Source: Heterodontus francisci
Lineage: Eukaryota
DNA: 64,000 bases
Reading direction: 5' to 3'
Assembly (NCBI RefSeq): GCF_036365525.1
Contig: NC_090379.1
Span: 75,794,513-75,858,512, forward strand
Shown: one piece after another, positions 24,798 to 37,001 of the stretch
Numbering within the stretch: position 1 is the stretch's first letter
Layout: each line of letters begins with the position of its first letter
Notes under the pieces: generated by a model
Told to the model about the DNA's origin: nothing
The model's database searches: none
Seen by the model: only the letters and a program-made list of their open reading frames with translations
Made by a program: the position numbers and the translations under genes

Positions 24798-26189
24798 CAG
24801 TGTAGTCTTGGGAACTGGATGCATGCAGTGATGGAAGAGGTTCAATGACCTCACGAGTAGTTAACGTTCGTGAATTCATCTTCAAATGCCAAATCCTTAC
24901 AACTGAACCATTAGCTTCACACACAGCTCACTTCACCACATCCGCATCACTCACCAACCAACAATCTCAACAAGCCATGACTCATGCCTCACATTCATAG
25001 CTTCGCCTCACCCTCATACACTTAGCACTCCTGCAAGCCTTACCTCCATATCTCACCGCTTGTACACACTGCTAGCTATTCAACCAAGACAAGCACATCA
25101 CCCAAACACATTGCACCACACTTACTGACACACTTCCTCTCTCTTGCAGGACAAGATGGCACACAAGCTCAGGAAACAGGAGCTAACCAGTGGGGGACAG
25201 GCACCTCATCCTGATGGAGGAGACAGTGCTCGCCATCATTGGAATGGCCATAACTGGGGCCATGGCCCAGCAGTGCTGAAACAATCGAAGAAGATGGGAT
25301 GCTCGTACCCAATCTGCCTTCGCAGCTCCCATTTCCCCTCGTCCCACAATCTCTGCTGATTTACAAGCTGCAGATATTTGAAAGATGCACCTCTTGCTTC
25401 CCCATTCCCTCCCTCCCTCCCTCCCCTCACAACAAACCTATCCTTGTGCCTTTCTTCTTTCAGATACCCAAGAACTGAAATCTGGCCAGGCAGTGGTGCA
25501 GGAGCAAGAAGTGGAAGAGGAAGAAGGCATGACAATGAAGAAACACTGTCACTCAATCTCACACGCTCAGCCATCAGCTCAAATATTGGCGTTGCACATA
25601 CTTTAGAGGATAGTTTAGAGGTGGGATCTGCATACGGTGAGACACCAGGCACAAGTGGCCTGCTTCCATGCATAAGCAGAAGCCATGCAACCTCTGAGTG
25701 CTGCAGTGGAAGCTTAGACCGAAGTCATGCAAGCTCAAATTGCTGGCACGCAAGCTCAGTCTGTTGCCATCATGGCTGTAGATATCAGTACACAAAGGGG
25801 TATTCAGGTCTCACAGCACTCCAGCAATCTGTGCTCGAGCAGATTACTAGGATTGCTGAGGTGCTACCTGGGGTAATGGTAGTGGCCCTGTGAAGGACAA
25901 ACCTGCTGTCTTCTGTCAGGATGGCACCATTCGTCCTCTCACTACTGCCACTCTGCCAATGCCCTTGCTGTTGCCTGTCAGCCAGCCAGCCCAGACTGTG
26001 GCCACCCATGCCATGGTCATACAGTCAGAAGCTGGGCCCTCTAGGGCCAGAATCACGCTGGGTTTTCCTGCAAGACCTTCTTCAGTCTCCCCTGTTGAAA
26101 GTTAGCAGCATTCCAGCCACTAGGCCAGGCAAAAAGGCACTAAGGGACTGCACAAGGGTGATTAGTTAACATCTGTTTGATTTTTAGAT

Positions 26190-26471
26190 GATTTAGATTT
26201 TAGATTTAGAGATACAGCACTGAAACAGGCCCTTCGGCCCACCGAGTCTGTGCCGACCATCAACCACCCATTTATACTAATACTACACTAATCCCATATT
26301 CCTACCACATCCTCACCTGTCCCTATATTCCCCTACCACCTACCTATACTAGGGGCAATTTATAATGGCCAATTTACCTATCAACCTGCAAGTCTTTTGG
26401 CTGTGGGAGGAAACCGGAGCACCCGAAGAAAACCCACACAGACACAGGGAGAACTTGCAAACTCCACACAG
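26190..26471 (-). mobile_element. HE1-type V-SINE, 5' truncated
   Basis: Reverse complement of the body and tail of 10469-10862. Confidence 0.85.
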
Positions 26472-26885
26472 GCAGAAGATTGTGGGTTCAAGTCCCACAC
26501 CAGGACTTGAGCACAAAATCAAAGCTGATGCTCCAGTGCAGCACTGAGGGAGTGCTGCACTATAGGAGATGCTATTGTTTGGATGAGTTGTTAAACTGAG
26601 TCCCCATCTGCCTGCTCGGTTGGATGTAAAAGATCCCATTGCACTATTTTGATGAAGAGCAGGAGAATTATCCCTGGTATCCTGGTCAATATTTATCCCT
26701 CAAACAACATCACAAAAACAGGTTATCTGGCCATTATCACATTGCTGTTTGTGAAAATTGGCTTCTGCATTTCCTACATTATAACAGTGACTACACTTCG
26801 AAGTACTTCATTAGCTGTAAAGTACTTTGGTACTTCCAGTGGTCGTGAAAGAGGCTATATAAATGCAAGACTTTCTTTTTCTTTT
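26472..26885 (+). mobile_element. tRNA/Deu-domain SINE (SacSINE1-like) with L2-type tail
   Basis: B box gggttcaagtccc; Deu-like core gatgtaaaagatcccattgcactatttt..gaagagcagg; tail gctatataaatgcaag. Confidence 0.8.
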
Positions 26886-26910
26886 CAAACATGCTAATAA
26901 ATACTGTATT

Positions 26911-27003
26911 ATCACAGAATTGTTACAGCACAGAAGGAGGCCATTCGGCCAACCGTGTCTGCACTGGCTCTCCGAATGAGCAATCACCGTGTGCCACTCC
27001 CCA
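26911..27003 (-). mobile_element. CR1 3' tail
   Basis: atcacagaattgttacagcacagaaggaggccattcggcc is reverse-complementary to the tail at 9690-9731. Confidence 0.8.
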
Positions 27004-27013
27004 TCCTGGAATG

Positions 27014-28024
27014 TTTCTTTCTTTTGGGCCTCCTTATCTCGAGAGACAATGGATACGCGCCTGGAGGTGGTCAGTGGTTTGTGAAGCAGCGCCTGGAGTG
27101 GCTATAAAGGCCAATTCTAGAGTGACAGGCTTTTCCACAGGTGCTGCAGAGAAATTTGTTTGTCGGGGCTGTTGCAAAGTTGGCTCTCCCCTTGCGCCTC
27201 TGTCTTTTTTCCTGCCAACTGCCAAGTCTCTTCGACTCACCACACTTTAGCCCCGTCTTTATGGCTGCCCGCCAGCTCTGGCGAACGCTGGCAACTGATT
27301 CCCACGACTTGTGATCAATGTCACAGGATTTCATGTCGCGTTTGCAGACGTCTTTATAGCGGAGACATGGACGGCCGGTGGGTCTGATACCAGTGGCGAG
27401 CTCGCTGTACAATGTGTCTTTGGGGATCCTGCCATCTTCCATGCGGCTCACATGGCCAAGCCATCTCAAGCTTCGCTGACACAGTAGTGTGTACAAGCTG
27501 GGGATGTTGGCCGCCTCGAGGACTTCTGTGTTGGAGATACGGTCCTGCCACCTGATGCCAAGTATTCTCCGGAGGCAGCGAAGATGGAATGAATTGAGAC
27601 GTCGCTCTTGGCTGACATACGTTGTCCAGGCCTCGCTGCCGTCGAGCAAGGTACTGAGGACACAGGCCTGATACACTCGGACTTTTGTGTTCCGTGTCAG
27701 TGCGCCATTTTCCCACACTCTCTTGGCCAGTCTGGACATAGCAGTGGAAGCCTTTCCCATGCGCTTGTTGATTTCTGCATCGAGAGACAGGTTACTGGTG
27801 ATAGTTGAGCTTAGGTAGGTGAACTCTTGAACCACTTCCAGAGCGTGGTCGCCAATATTGATGGATGGAGCATTTCTGACATCCTGCCCCATGATGTTTG
27901 TTTTCTTGAGGCTGATGTTTAGGCCAAATTCATTGCAGGCAGCCGCAAACCTGTCGATGAGACTCTGCAGGCACTCTTCAGTGTGAGATGTTAAAGCAGC
28001 ATCGTCAGCAAAGAGGAGTTCCCT
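27014..28024 (-). mobile_element. Young RTE-clade LINE, 5' truncated (RT C-terminal half plus C2H2 zinc finger)
   Basis: Open frame ELLFADDAAL..RWLGHVSRM..CSTCGKACHSRIGLYSHSRRC, short 3' UTR, (GAAA)-type tail; CpG-rich. Confidence 0.95.
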
Positions 28025-29560
28025 GTTTCGAATGCTACGTGCATTCAGATACAAAACCTTTTGTACTCTCTATCCCTTCCTGTCATAGTCTGTTTATCAT
28101 TTCCCATATTAATACCTTTCTCTCTTGCCTTGTCTCTACTCTTTGATTTAACACTTCTTCCCAAATTTGATCCCTTGCCGCCACTATTTAGTTTAAAACC
28201 CTCTCTACTTCTCCAGTTCTGCTGCTTGCTAGAACACCAGCCTCAGCACGGTTCAGATGTAGACCATCCAAATGTTACAGCCCCCACTTCCCCAGTACTG
28301 GTGCCAGTGTCCATGAACTGGAACTCACTTCTACCACACCAATCTTTGAGCCAGGCATTCAATTCTCTAATCTTATTTACGCTATGCCAATTTGCACTTG
28401 GCTCAGGTAATAATCCAGAGAGGAACCTTTGAGGTTCTGCTTCTTAATTTGGTTCCTAGCTCCTCATACTGACTGTGCAGAACCTCCTTCCTCATCCTGC
28501 CTATGTCATTGGTACCTACATGGACCACGACGACTTGATCCTCCCCCTCCCACTGTAATTCCTCTCCAGTCCTGAGCAGATGTCCCAAATCCTGGCACCG
28601 GCAGGCAATACAGCCTTCTGGACTCTCGCTCTTTGCTGTAGAGAACAGTGTCAATCTCCCTCACTTTCCTATCCCCTACTACCACTACATTCCTTTTTGC
28701 TCCCCCCACTTGAATGGCTTCCTGTACCACAGTACCATGGTCAATTATCTCATCCACTCTGCAGCCTCCACTTTCATCCAAACAAGCTGAAAGAACCTCA
28801 AACCTTTTGGACAATCACAAAGGCTGAGGCTCCTGCACTCCTGCCCTCTGGGTCCCCTTACTTGCCTTAGCTGCAGCCACTCTCTCCTGTCCCTTACTGC
28901 TGATGAAATCAGAAGACCCTATCCTAAGGGGTGTGACTGCCTCCTGGTACAAAGTGTCCCAGTAACTTTCCCCTTCCCTGATGTGTCGCAGTGTCTGCAG
29001 CTCGGCCTCCAACTCAATGACTCTGAGCCGAAGCTCCTCGAGCCACAAATACTTACTGCAGATGTGTTTGCCCTGGATCACACTGGCATCCAGGAGCTCC
29101 CACATGCTGCAGCCGTGACAAATCACCTGTCCTGTCATCCTTAATGTGTTTAATTAACTATATAATTATTTTATTCAATTATTTATTTTCCTTTTCTATA
29201 TATTTTATTAACCTCACCACCACTTCCTGTACTATTTTAAACCTTAGGAATAGAATAGACAATAACCACTTATCAGATACCAAACAGCTAGCTTCTTCCC
29301 TGAACTCCCAGCGCTCTGTTCAAGTTGCACTCTAAATCCTGTCCTCTCCTGCTGCTTCTCTCTGAATCTCCGAGCTTTGGCGCACTTTTTGAATCCTCTC
29401 ATTTTCCCGCTGATTCTCTCTGAGTCGCCAGGTTTTGGTGCACTTTTTAAATCCTCTCCACTCCTGTGCTGGCTCTCCTTCATTGGCCCATGCTTGCCCA
29501 AGCAGCTGTAAATTTTCTCCCAGACTATTTATTCTAAAAGTTTCCCCACCACTCACACTA
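28025..29560 (-). mobile_element. CR1 5' portion: 5' UTR, ORF1 (Cys zinc finger, leucine zipper, SGNH esterase), start of APE
   Basis: CHGCSMWE..HICSK..LRVIELEAEL, VVVVGD and VVHVGTNDIG motifs; YLNARSIRN at the RTE junction. Confidence 0.9.
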
Positions 29561-30265
29561 AACTGATTGGGCTTGTAATTACCAGATTTATTTCAATAAG
29601 GGTGTAACATTTGCAAACCACCAGTCCTTTGGTACCACGCCTGCATTTAAGGAGGACTGGAAGATCATGGGCCGCACCTCTGCAATTTCTACCCTTACTA
29701 CCCTCAGCAAACTAGGATGCAGCCCACCAAGACCAGGTGACTTATCCATTTTAAGTCCTGCCAGCCTTTCCACTGCTTCCTTTCTATTTACTTTTATCTC
29801 ATCCAGTATCGCAACAACCTCCTTGTTTACCATAGCTTTGGCAAAGTCCTGTCCTGTCCTTGGCAAACACCACTGCAAAGTACTCACTTAGTACCTCCCA
29901 TGCTGTCTGCCTCCACCAATAGATCTCCATTTTGGTTCCCACTTGGCCCCACTGCTCCCCTATCAACCGTTTTACTTTCAACATGCCTGTAGAAGACCTT
30001 TGGATTCACTTTTTTGTTGGCCGACAATCTATTCTCGTACTATCTCTTTGCCCCTCTTATTTGCGTTTTTACTTGTCCTCTGTACTTTTTATGTTCAGCC
30101 TGATTCTCCCTCATATTATCAAGCTTTTTTCACTTCATCCTACTCTCGAACTCCTTTGTCTTCCAGGTAGCTCTGGCTTTGATTACTCTCCCTTTCTCTC
30201 TTGTGGGAATACACCTAGACTGTACCTGAACCACCTCCTCTTTAAAGACAGCTCATTGTTCCAAT

Positions 30266-32212
30266 AAGAACAGCAACTTGCATTTATATAGTGTCTTTAA
30301 TGTAGTAAAACATCCCAAGGTGCTTCACAGGAGCGTTATAAAGCAAAATTTGACACCGAGCCGCGTAAGGAAATATTAAGGCAGATGATCAAAAGCTTGA
30401 TCAGAGGTAGGTTTGAAGAAGACTTAAAAGGAGAAAGAGGTAGAGCGGTGAAGAGGGTTAGGGAGATAATTCCAGAGCTTAGGGCCTTGGCAGCTGAAAG
30501 CACAGCCACCAATGGTGGAGTGATTGAAATCAGGGCCCCAAGGCAGGAGGGAACAGTGTATTGCAACGGGTGGCAGGGGGCCGGCGGGGCGGAGGGCCCA
30601 TGGCCCAGTGATTTTTCCGTGGGACAGAATAGGCCGATGATGGCCTTCCTGCCCAGAGGCCAATTGAGGCCCTTAAGTGGCCAATTAAGGGCTTTCTTCC
30701 CGCCATTGCTGGGATCTTACCAGCAGCCGGTGGTGGTGGGGGGGTGGGGGGACGGGGGGGCCTCTGCCGTGCGGGGCGGATGCCTTGTAAAACGAGGCAC
30801 TCTCCCTGCGGCTTGTGGGGTGGTCCCTCCTCCGTGGGCAATTTGTGGCCCATGGAGGACCCCCACCGAGAACAATACCCCTCCAGGACCACCCTCCCCT
30901 GTACTGAACGACCACCACCCCCACTTCCCTGGCCGAGGCCTTCCTGACTGACCCCGGTGGTCCCTGCCTCACCTCTTCTCTGGGGTTCCACTGCTGGGCC
31001 TGGGTCCAAGGCCTCTGCAGTACCAGCAATGGCAACTACTGCTGATGGCGCTGCTGATACTGGTGAGCTGCCAGCCCTCTGATTGGCGAGCAGCTCTTGG
31101 AGGCGGGATCCCTATCCCTTTAAAGACTTTACGGGGGCGGGAATCCCGCCTCCTAAAACTTTGAATCAAAAAGACCAGAGGATCGCTCTGAGGGGGCATA
31201 AAAAGGCAGAGGCAGGCACCCCCCCACCTTTTCAGCCCAGCACCGAGAGACCCACCTCCAGCACAAAATCCAGCCCCAGGTATGTGCAAGAAGCCAGAAT
31301 TGGAGGAGTGCAGATATCTTGGAGGCTTCTGTGGCTGGAGCGTCCATGCAGAGATTTGAAAAAAAGGATGAAAAGTTTAAAATTGAGGTTGTGCTTAACC
31401 AGGAGCCAATGTAGGTCAGCAAGCACAGGGGTAATGGATGAATAGGACGGTGTGAGTTAGGACACAGGCAGCAGAGTTATGATGAGCTCAAGTGTACAGA
31501 AGGTGGAAGGTTGCAGGCCAGCCAGGAGTGCATTGGAATAGTCAAGTCCAGAGGTAACAAAGGGTGAGAGTTGCAGCAGATTAAACGTGGGGGGGGCCCG
31601 TGTTGGGAGGGGGAATGACGCGATGTTACAAAAGTGGAAATAGGTCGTTTTAGTGATGCCATGGATATGTGGTCAGAAGTTAATCTCAGAGGTCAAATAT
31701 GATACCAAGGTTATGAACGGTCTAGTTCAGCCTCTGCCCCAGGGAGAGGTATAGAGTCAGCTAGGGAACAGAGTTTATGGTGGGGACTAAAGACAATAGC
31801 TTGGGCCTTCCCAATATTTAATTAGAGGAAATTTCTGCTCATCCAGTACTGACTGTCGTATAAGCAGTTTGATAACTTAGAGACAGTGGAGGGGGTCGAG
31901 AGATGTGGTTGTGAGGTAAAGCTGGATGATGCCAGCATACATGTAGAAACTGATGCTGTGTTTTCTGATGATGTCACTGAGGGGCAGCATGTGGATGGAA
32001 AATTGGAGGGGGCCAAGGATAGACAAGAATGGAACCAGGTGAGTACAGACCCACTTAGCTGGAGGATGGTGGAGGGGCATTGGAGGAGAACAGTGTACTC
32101 AACCATGTCAAAGGCTGCAGACAGGTCGAGAAGGACAAGGAGAGATAGTTTGTCACAGACACCTAGGATGTCATTTGTGACTTTGGTAAGAGCCATTTCG
32201 GTACTGGAGCAG
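30266..32212 (-). mobile_element. L2 LINE 3' half, interrupted by a MITE
   Basis: LLVLLDLSAAFD, YWMSRNFL and LADLHWL motifs; tail cttgcatttatatag at 30278-30291. Confidence 0.9.
30534..31276. mobile_element. Harbinger-type MITE (left TIR damaged)
   Basis: Right TIR AAAATCCAGCCC; TSD CAG at 30531-30533 and 31277-31279. GC-rich; the L2 sequence is continuous across it. Confidence 0.75.
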
Positions 32213-34313
32213 TGCCAATCTTGGACTCCAGTTTACCTGGGCCAGATGCCTCCTCAATTCACTGAAATTCCCCTCCTCCAGTTAAATATTTTTATTCTAG
32301 ATTGCTCCTTGTCCTTCTCCATAGCTAATCTAAGCCTCATACTATGATCATTGTTCCCGAGATGCAGTGACATTCTCCACTGGAGCCATTTCATTCACCA
32401 TGGCTAGATCCAGCAATACCTCCTTCCTCATTGAACAGGAAACATACCTATCAAGAAAATTCTTCTGAACACAGTTCAGAAATTCCTCCCGTTTCTCTGC
32501 CTTGAACACCATCACTGTTCTATTTGATAGCAGGGCAGTTAAAGTCTCTCATTTATTACTACTCTATCATTCTTGCTCCTTCACTAATTTGTTTACAATT
32601 CTTCTTCTCTATCTCCTTCCACTATTTGGTGGCCTATGAAATAGACCAAGTAGCATAATAACTCCTTTATTGTTTCTTAACTCCAACCAAATACATTCTG
32701 TCTTTGACATCAAGGACATTCTCTGTTTTGAACACTGCAATATTTTCCTTAATCAAAAACTGCTACCCATCCCCGCCTTTCTTTCCCTTCCCTATCTGAC
32801 CTGAATACCTTGTGCCCAAGAATATTAAGTATCAACCCTCCCCCTTTTTAAGCCAGGTCTCCGTTATCACCACTACATCATATCTCCATGTGACTATTTG
32901 TGCCTGCAGCTCACTAACCTTATAAACCATACTTTGTGCACTTACACACGTGCACTCCAAATCTAACTTAGACCTCTTTGTATCTTCTGTGATCCCATTT
33001 AATTCTGTATTGTTTCTGTCTCTCCCAGTTCTCTGCACACCTTGTTTCTACCTTTTATTACTATATCTTGTTTCCTAACTCCTGCCTATTTACTTTACAC
33101 CCTCCCTCACATCACTAGTTAACCTGCCCATAAGGATATTGATCCCAGCTCTTTTCAAATGCAAACTGCCCAACTTGCTCAAGACCTTCTTGCCACAGAA
33201 CGGTCTCAATGCCCCCGGACTCTGAAGTCTTCCCTCCTGCATCAGGTCTCAACCTCGCTTTAACCTCCCATTGCTTCTATTTCTAATCTCATTAGCACAT
33301 GGCAGTGGGACTAATCCAGAAATTATTACCTTCGAGGTTCTGCTTTTTAATTTCTTCCCTCGCTCGTTAAACTCTGAATTCAGGACCTGAATCCTTTTCC
33401 TTCCTACGTTGCTGGTTCAGGCATGGACCACAGCTTCTGGTGCTTCCCCGTCCCCTCACAGAATGCTCTGCACCTTCTCTGTGATGTCCCTTACCCTGGT
33501 ACCAGGGAGGCAACATACCATGTGGATCTCACGCCAGTGGTAGCAGAACTACTAGTCTGTGCCTGACTATCAAATCCCCAATTACTGCTGGTCAGATGAT
33601 TTACGTCATGAAAGCCATGTCCTCCAGACAGTGATGGCTACATTGCTCTTGGGTATCTCTTCCCAAGCTTTTCTGCCCAGAGCTTCATTCATGTTTCTCC
33701 AAAAAGGGAAACAGAACTAACTTACTCACTTTCAACTTGTTGAAACAGAAACTCCATGCACACATTATTAAAGGAGGAGATCCAAATAACTGAGTACAAT
33801 TTTGAGGTGATTCTGGACAGCTTTTTAAAATAAACAGGCACAGAGGAACAGAACTCACCAAAGACATTAAATTGGAACACCTCTTCCAAATTCCCAACAA
33901 TGCACTGCAGCAAGCTGATTCATAGAAGGCCTAACATTCTCTTCTAGTTTCCTGGGTGTTTCAATCCAGTGCTAAATTGGATAAATCTTAAGCATGCCTC
34001 AGACTTTCCTCACACAAATGAGGACAAGAAAATTTGGCAATATCAGATGTTTCCAGGTGGAGAATACTTTTGTTTTGCTTCCCTTATTTAGCCTCCACTC
34101 CACTGCTCCCCAGAAAAATTTATCCTCGTGCTATCTGAGAGAGTTTGTGATGGACTACATTTTATTTTGTATCATTTAGTCTGAGTGCTTAAAAAAAAAC
34201 TATGGCTGGAGTAGCTGTCAGTGCTTCTTTTCAGAGGCACATAGTACTATTTCATTCTGATAAAGTAAATAAACTCCAATTTGCATGTTTTTATGTTGTG
34301 CCTTCACACTGGT

Positions 34314-35036
34314 CCAGACTGGCCAAGAGAGTGTGGGAAAATGGCGCACTGACACGGAACACAAAAGTCCGAGTGTATCAGGCCTGTGTCCTCAGTACCT
34401 TGCTCTACGGCAGCGAGGCCTGGACAACGTATGCCAGCCAAGAGCGACGTCTCAATTCATTCCATCTTCGCTGCCTTCGGAGAATACTTGGCATCAGGTG
34501 GCAGGACTATATCTCCAACACAGAAGTCCTTGAAGCGGCCAACACCCCCAGCTTATACACACTACTGAGTCAGCGGCGCTTGAGATGGCTTGGCCATGTG
34601 AGCCGCATGGAAGATGGCAGGATCCCCAAAGACACATTGTACAGCGAGCTCGCCACTGGTATCAGACCCACCGGCCGTCCATGTCTCCGTTATAAAGACG
34701 TCTGCAAACGCGACATGAAATCGTGTGACATTGATCACAAGTCGTGGGAGTCAGTTGCCAGCATTCGCCAGAGCTGGTGGGCAGCCATAAAGACAGGGCT
34801 AAATTGTGGCGAGTCGAAGAGACTTAGTAGTTGGCAGGAAAAAAGACAGAGGCGCAAGGGGAGAGCCAACTGTGCAACAGCCCCAACAAACAAATTTCTC
34901 TGCAGCACCTGTGGAAGAGCCTGTCACTCCAGAATTGGCCTCTATAGCCACTCCAGGCGCTGCTTCACAAACCACTGACCACCTCCAGGCGCGTATCCAT
35001 TGTCTCTCGAGATAAGGAGGCCCAAAAGAAGAAGAA
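34314..35036 (+). mobile_element. Young RTE-clade LINE, 5' truncated, with TSD
   Basis: Uninterrupted frame to ..SHSRRCFTNH*, (GAA)n tail, and 10-bp TSD TCACACTGGT at 34304-34313 and 35037-35046. Confidence 0.95.
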
Positions 35037-35849
35037 TCACACTGGTGTGCCCGAGGCTCGTCAAGGAGGAATTGACCGTACAGAGCACAGTTAAATTGCT
35101 GAGACAATTTCTTCCAGAATCAAATTGGAGCTAATTATATCCCAAATAAGCACAGTAGTTGCCACAAGCTCACGCAGCATCAACTCTGAATGATGGGAAC
35201 AACCTCAAGGCTATTGGTACCAACCTCATTGGGAAAACTAAGGATCTTGTGAATCTGCCACAATATTAAAGTTGTCCAATGGATCAACACATTGTGAGTT
35301 GTGTTTGATTGATAGCTAACAGCCTTTTTTTAGATGGAAACATTACAATATCTGGGTGGAATTAGTCAGAGAATCACACTTAGAAATGGGAAATTATTGC
35401 AATTGGCAAAAGGTATTTTTCATTACTTAAAAAAACTATAGATTGCTTTGTTGAAAGCTTATACTTTCTTGTGTATATTATGTTTATTCTGATCAATGTA
35501 TGAAGAAATAATTCTGTTCAGGAAAAGAAGTCCAATTAATTTTTCAACTTTAAGTAAAAAGATTACTGTAACCCCTATTTTTTTCAACATCACTTACATG
35601 GAAAGGGTCAAAATTCTAGGTATTAAAATTGAATACAAAAGATAACACTGCATCCTCTGTTTAGGTTTCTTGGATGTGTGGCCTTTGTTTTGAGGTTTAT
35701 AAATTCCCAGTGATTTTTATTATGGATTAAAATAAAGTACAGTGTAGGAAATAGTAACTAGAACAGAAAGAAACTAAGGGAGATGGGAATTGCAGAACGA
35801 CCAAAATAATTAAACAAATAACCTGCTGAAAAACTTTTAAGTACACATC

Positions 35850-36044
35850 TTAATGCACAAGATGTGGCTTTTTGAATTTATACTTTTCTTCACCATCACG
35901 CGCCATTCTCTGTGCAATAACATATGCAAGCGGTCTATTGCCAAGCCTCTTCAGCAGAGCTTGAGGTATTCCGTTTTGTTCCATTTCCTCTATCTCCAAA
36001 CAGTTACATATCCTTGCAATGACAACACATGTGCAATTAGGAAT
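35850..36044 (-). other. Candidate exon, unidentified
   Basis: Acceptor ccttttcctttgtttaccccaattgtaacag, then a phase-0 open frame IPNCTCVVIARICNCLEIEEMEQNGIPQALLKRLGNRPLAYVIAQRMARDGEEKYKFKKPHLVH*. No homologue recognised. Confidence 0.25.
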
Positions 36045-36984
36045 CTGTTACAATTGGGGTAAACAAAGGAAAAGGCCTGAACTAGTAATTAACACCATTA
36101 TTTTTTGGTGACATTTCAAAGGTTACTTAATTCACTGTAAAATGCTTTGGGATATTCTGAGGTCATGAGAAGTGCTCTCTAATTATGTATGCTATACAGT
36201 TTTCTAGAACAACATGTCAAGCAACCAACTAGATTTTAGATTTTGTATTATGTAATGCGACGGGCTAATTAGTAATCTTATAGTAACGGATTCTCTGGGG
36301 AAGAGTGATCATAATATGATGAATTTCATACTAGATTTGAGAGCAATGTGGTTAAGTCTAAAACTTAAGGGTCTTAATTTTAAACAAAACCATCCACAAA
36401 GGTACGAGGGCAGATACAGAATGTCTCCTGACAATGCAGCCAAGCTTCTCTTCCCCGCTTCCTCCCCCCCCCCCCCCCCGATTCTCTCCTGGGCCCACCT
36501 GCTTGCTGCTCCGTTTCGCCGCCCCTGACCGGTCGCTGCTTCATTCTGCCTCACTGCTAGCACCCCACTCACTCCCCCTTCCCACCCCTAACCTACCACT
36601 TCTCCAGGCAACAAGGCAGGGAGCGAGCAGCGGGAGGGAATGGCAACCAGTCGGGCACTGGAGACAATGGTACGATAGAGCGGCCAGCAGTTGGGAGCAG
36701 CAGGATGGAGTGGCGAGAAAGCGGGCGCTGGAAGGAACGGGAAACTGAATGTGGAAATTGAGGTACGATCACAGAAGGGAGTGAGGAACAGAAGCGGCGA
36801 TCACAAGAGGGTAGTGTTGGGGTGGTGGTGGGTGCAGGTGGTGATCACGGCCATTGAGGGGTGAGGGGATTTGGGTTAAAATTTTCTTTGTGTTAAATTG
36901 AGCAGCACCATCTTTATTACTGGCAATTGCCTGAAACGTCGCAGACAGTGACGTTTCAGGCTGCATTTGCGCATGTACCTGTAT

Positions 36985-37001
36985 TGTGCCACCTAGTGGT
37001 T
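36985..37001 (-). promoter_or_regulatory. CTCF-like motif
   Basis: Minus strand AACCACTAGGTGGCACA matches the CCACYAGRKGGC core. Confidence 0.45.

Larger units (their letters stand above)
24372..26170 (+). pseudogene. Second decayed Harbinger Myb/SANT-like gene remnant with introns
   Basis: RQWEQIAIAVNVNSVV, then after removing the insert, KRFNDLT. Acceptor ctcttgcag before DKMAHKLRKQELTSGG (25150); acceptor ttcttctttcag at 25464 before an acidic/Ser-rich region. Confidence 0.75.
29590..33590 (-). mobile_element. Decayed CR1 (ORF1, APE, linker), split by an L2 at 30266-32212
   Basis: KSPGLGGLHPSLL..PKDW (29588-29887), VVVITETWL (32832-33038), and an ORF1 esterase remnant at 33400-33590. Confidence 0.8.

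Noticed and set aside
27014-28024. Absence of TTTT in the RTE sense strand as evidence for Pol III transcription
   Set aside because: Only ~1 kb with low T content, so about one run is expected; not informative, and no Pol III head is visible.
27071-28054. 327-aa ORF as a host gene
   Set aside because: It is a 5'-truncated RTE RT fragment fused to about ten CR1 residues; the listed start is TTG within CR1.
30385-31445. Cluster of long overlapping ORFs on both strands
   Set aside because: Explained by the high GC content of the MITE and antisense L2; the products are low-complexity Pro/Gly/Arg.
33722-33913. Two GTGAGT donors and a possible 6-nt micro-exon on the minus strand
   Set aside because: Acceptors are weak (AAG) and no convincing reading frame is present.
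34202-34978. 258-aa ORF with an ATG start
   Set aside because: The first ~37 codons are flanking DNA upstream of the TSD that happens to be in frame with a truncated RTE.
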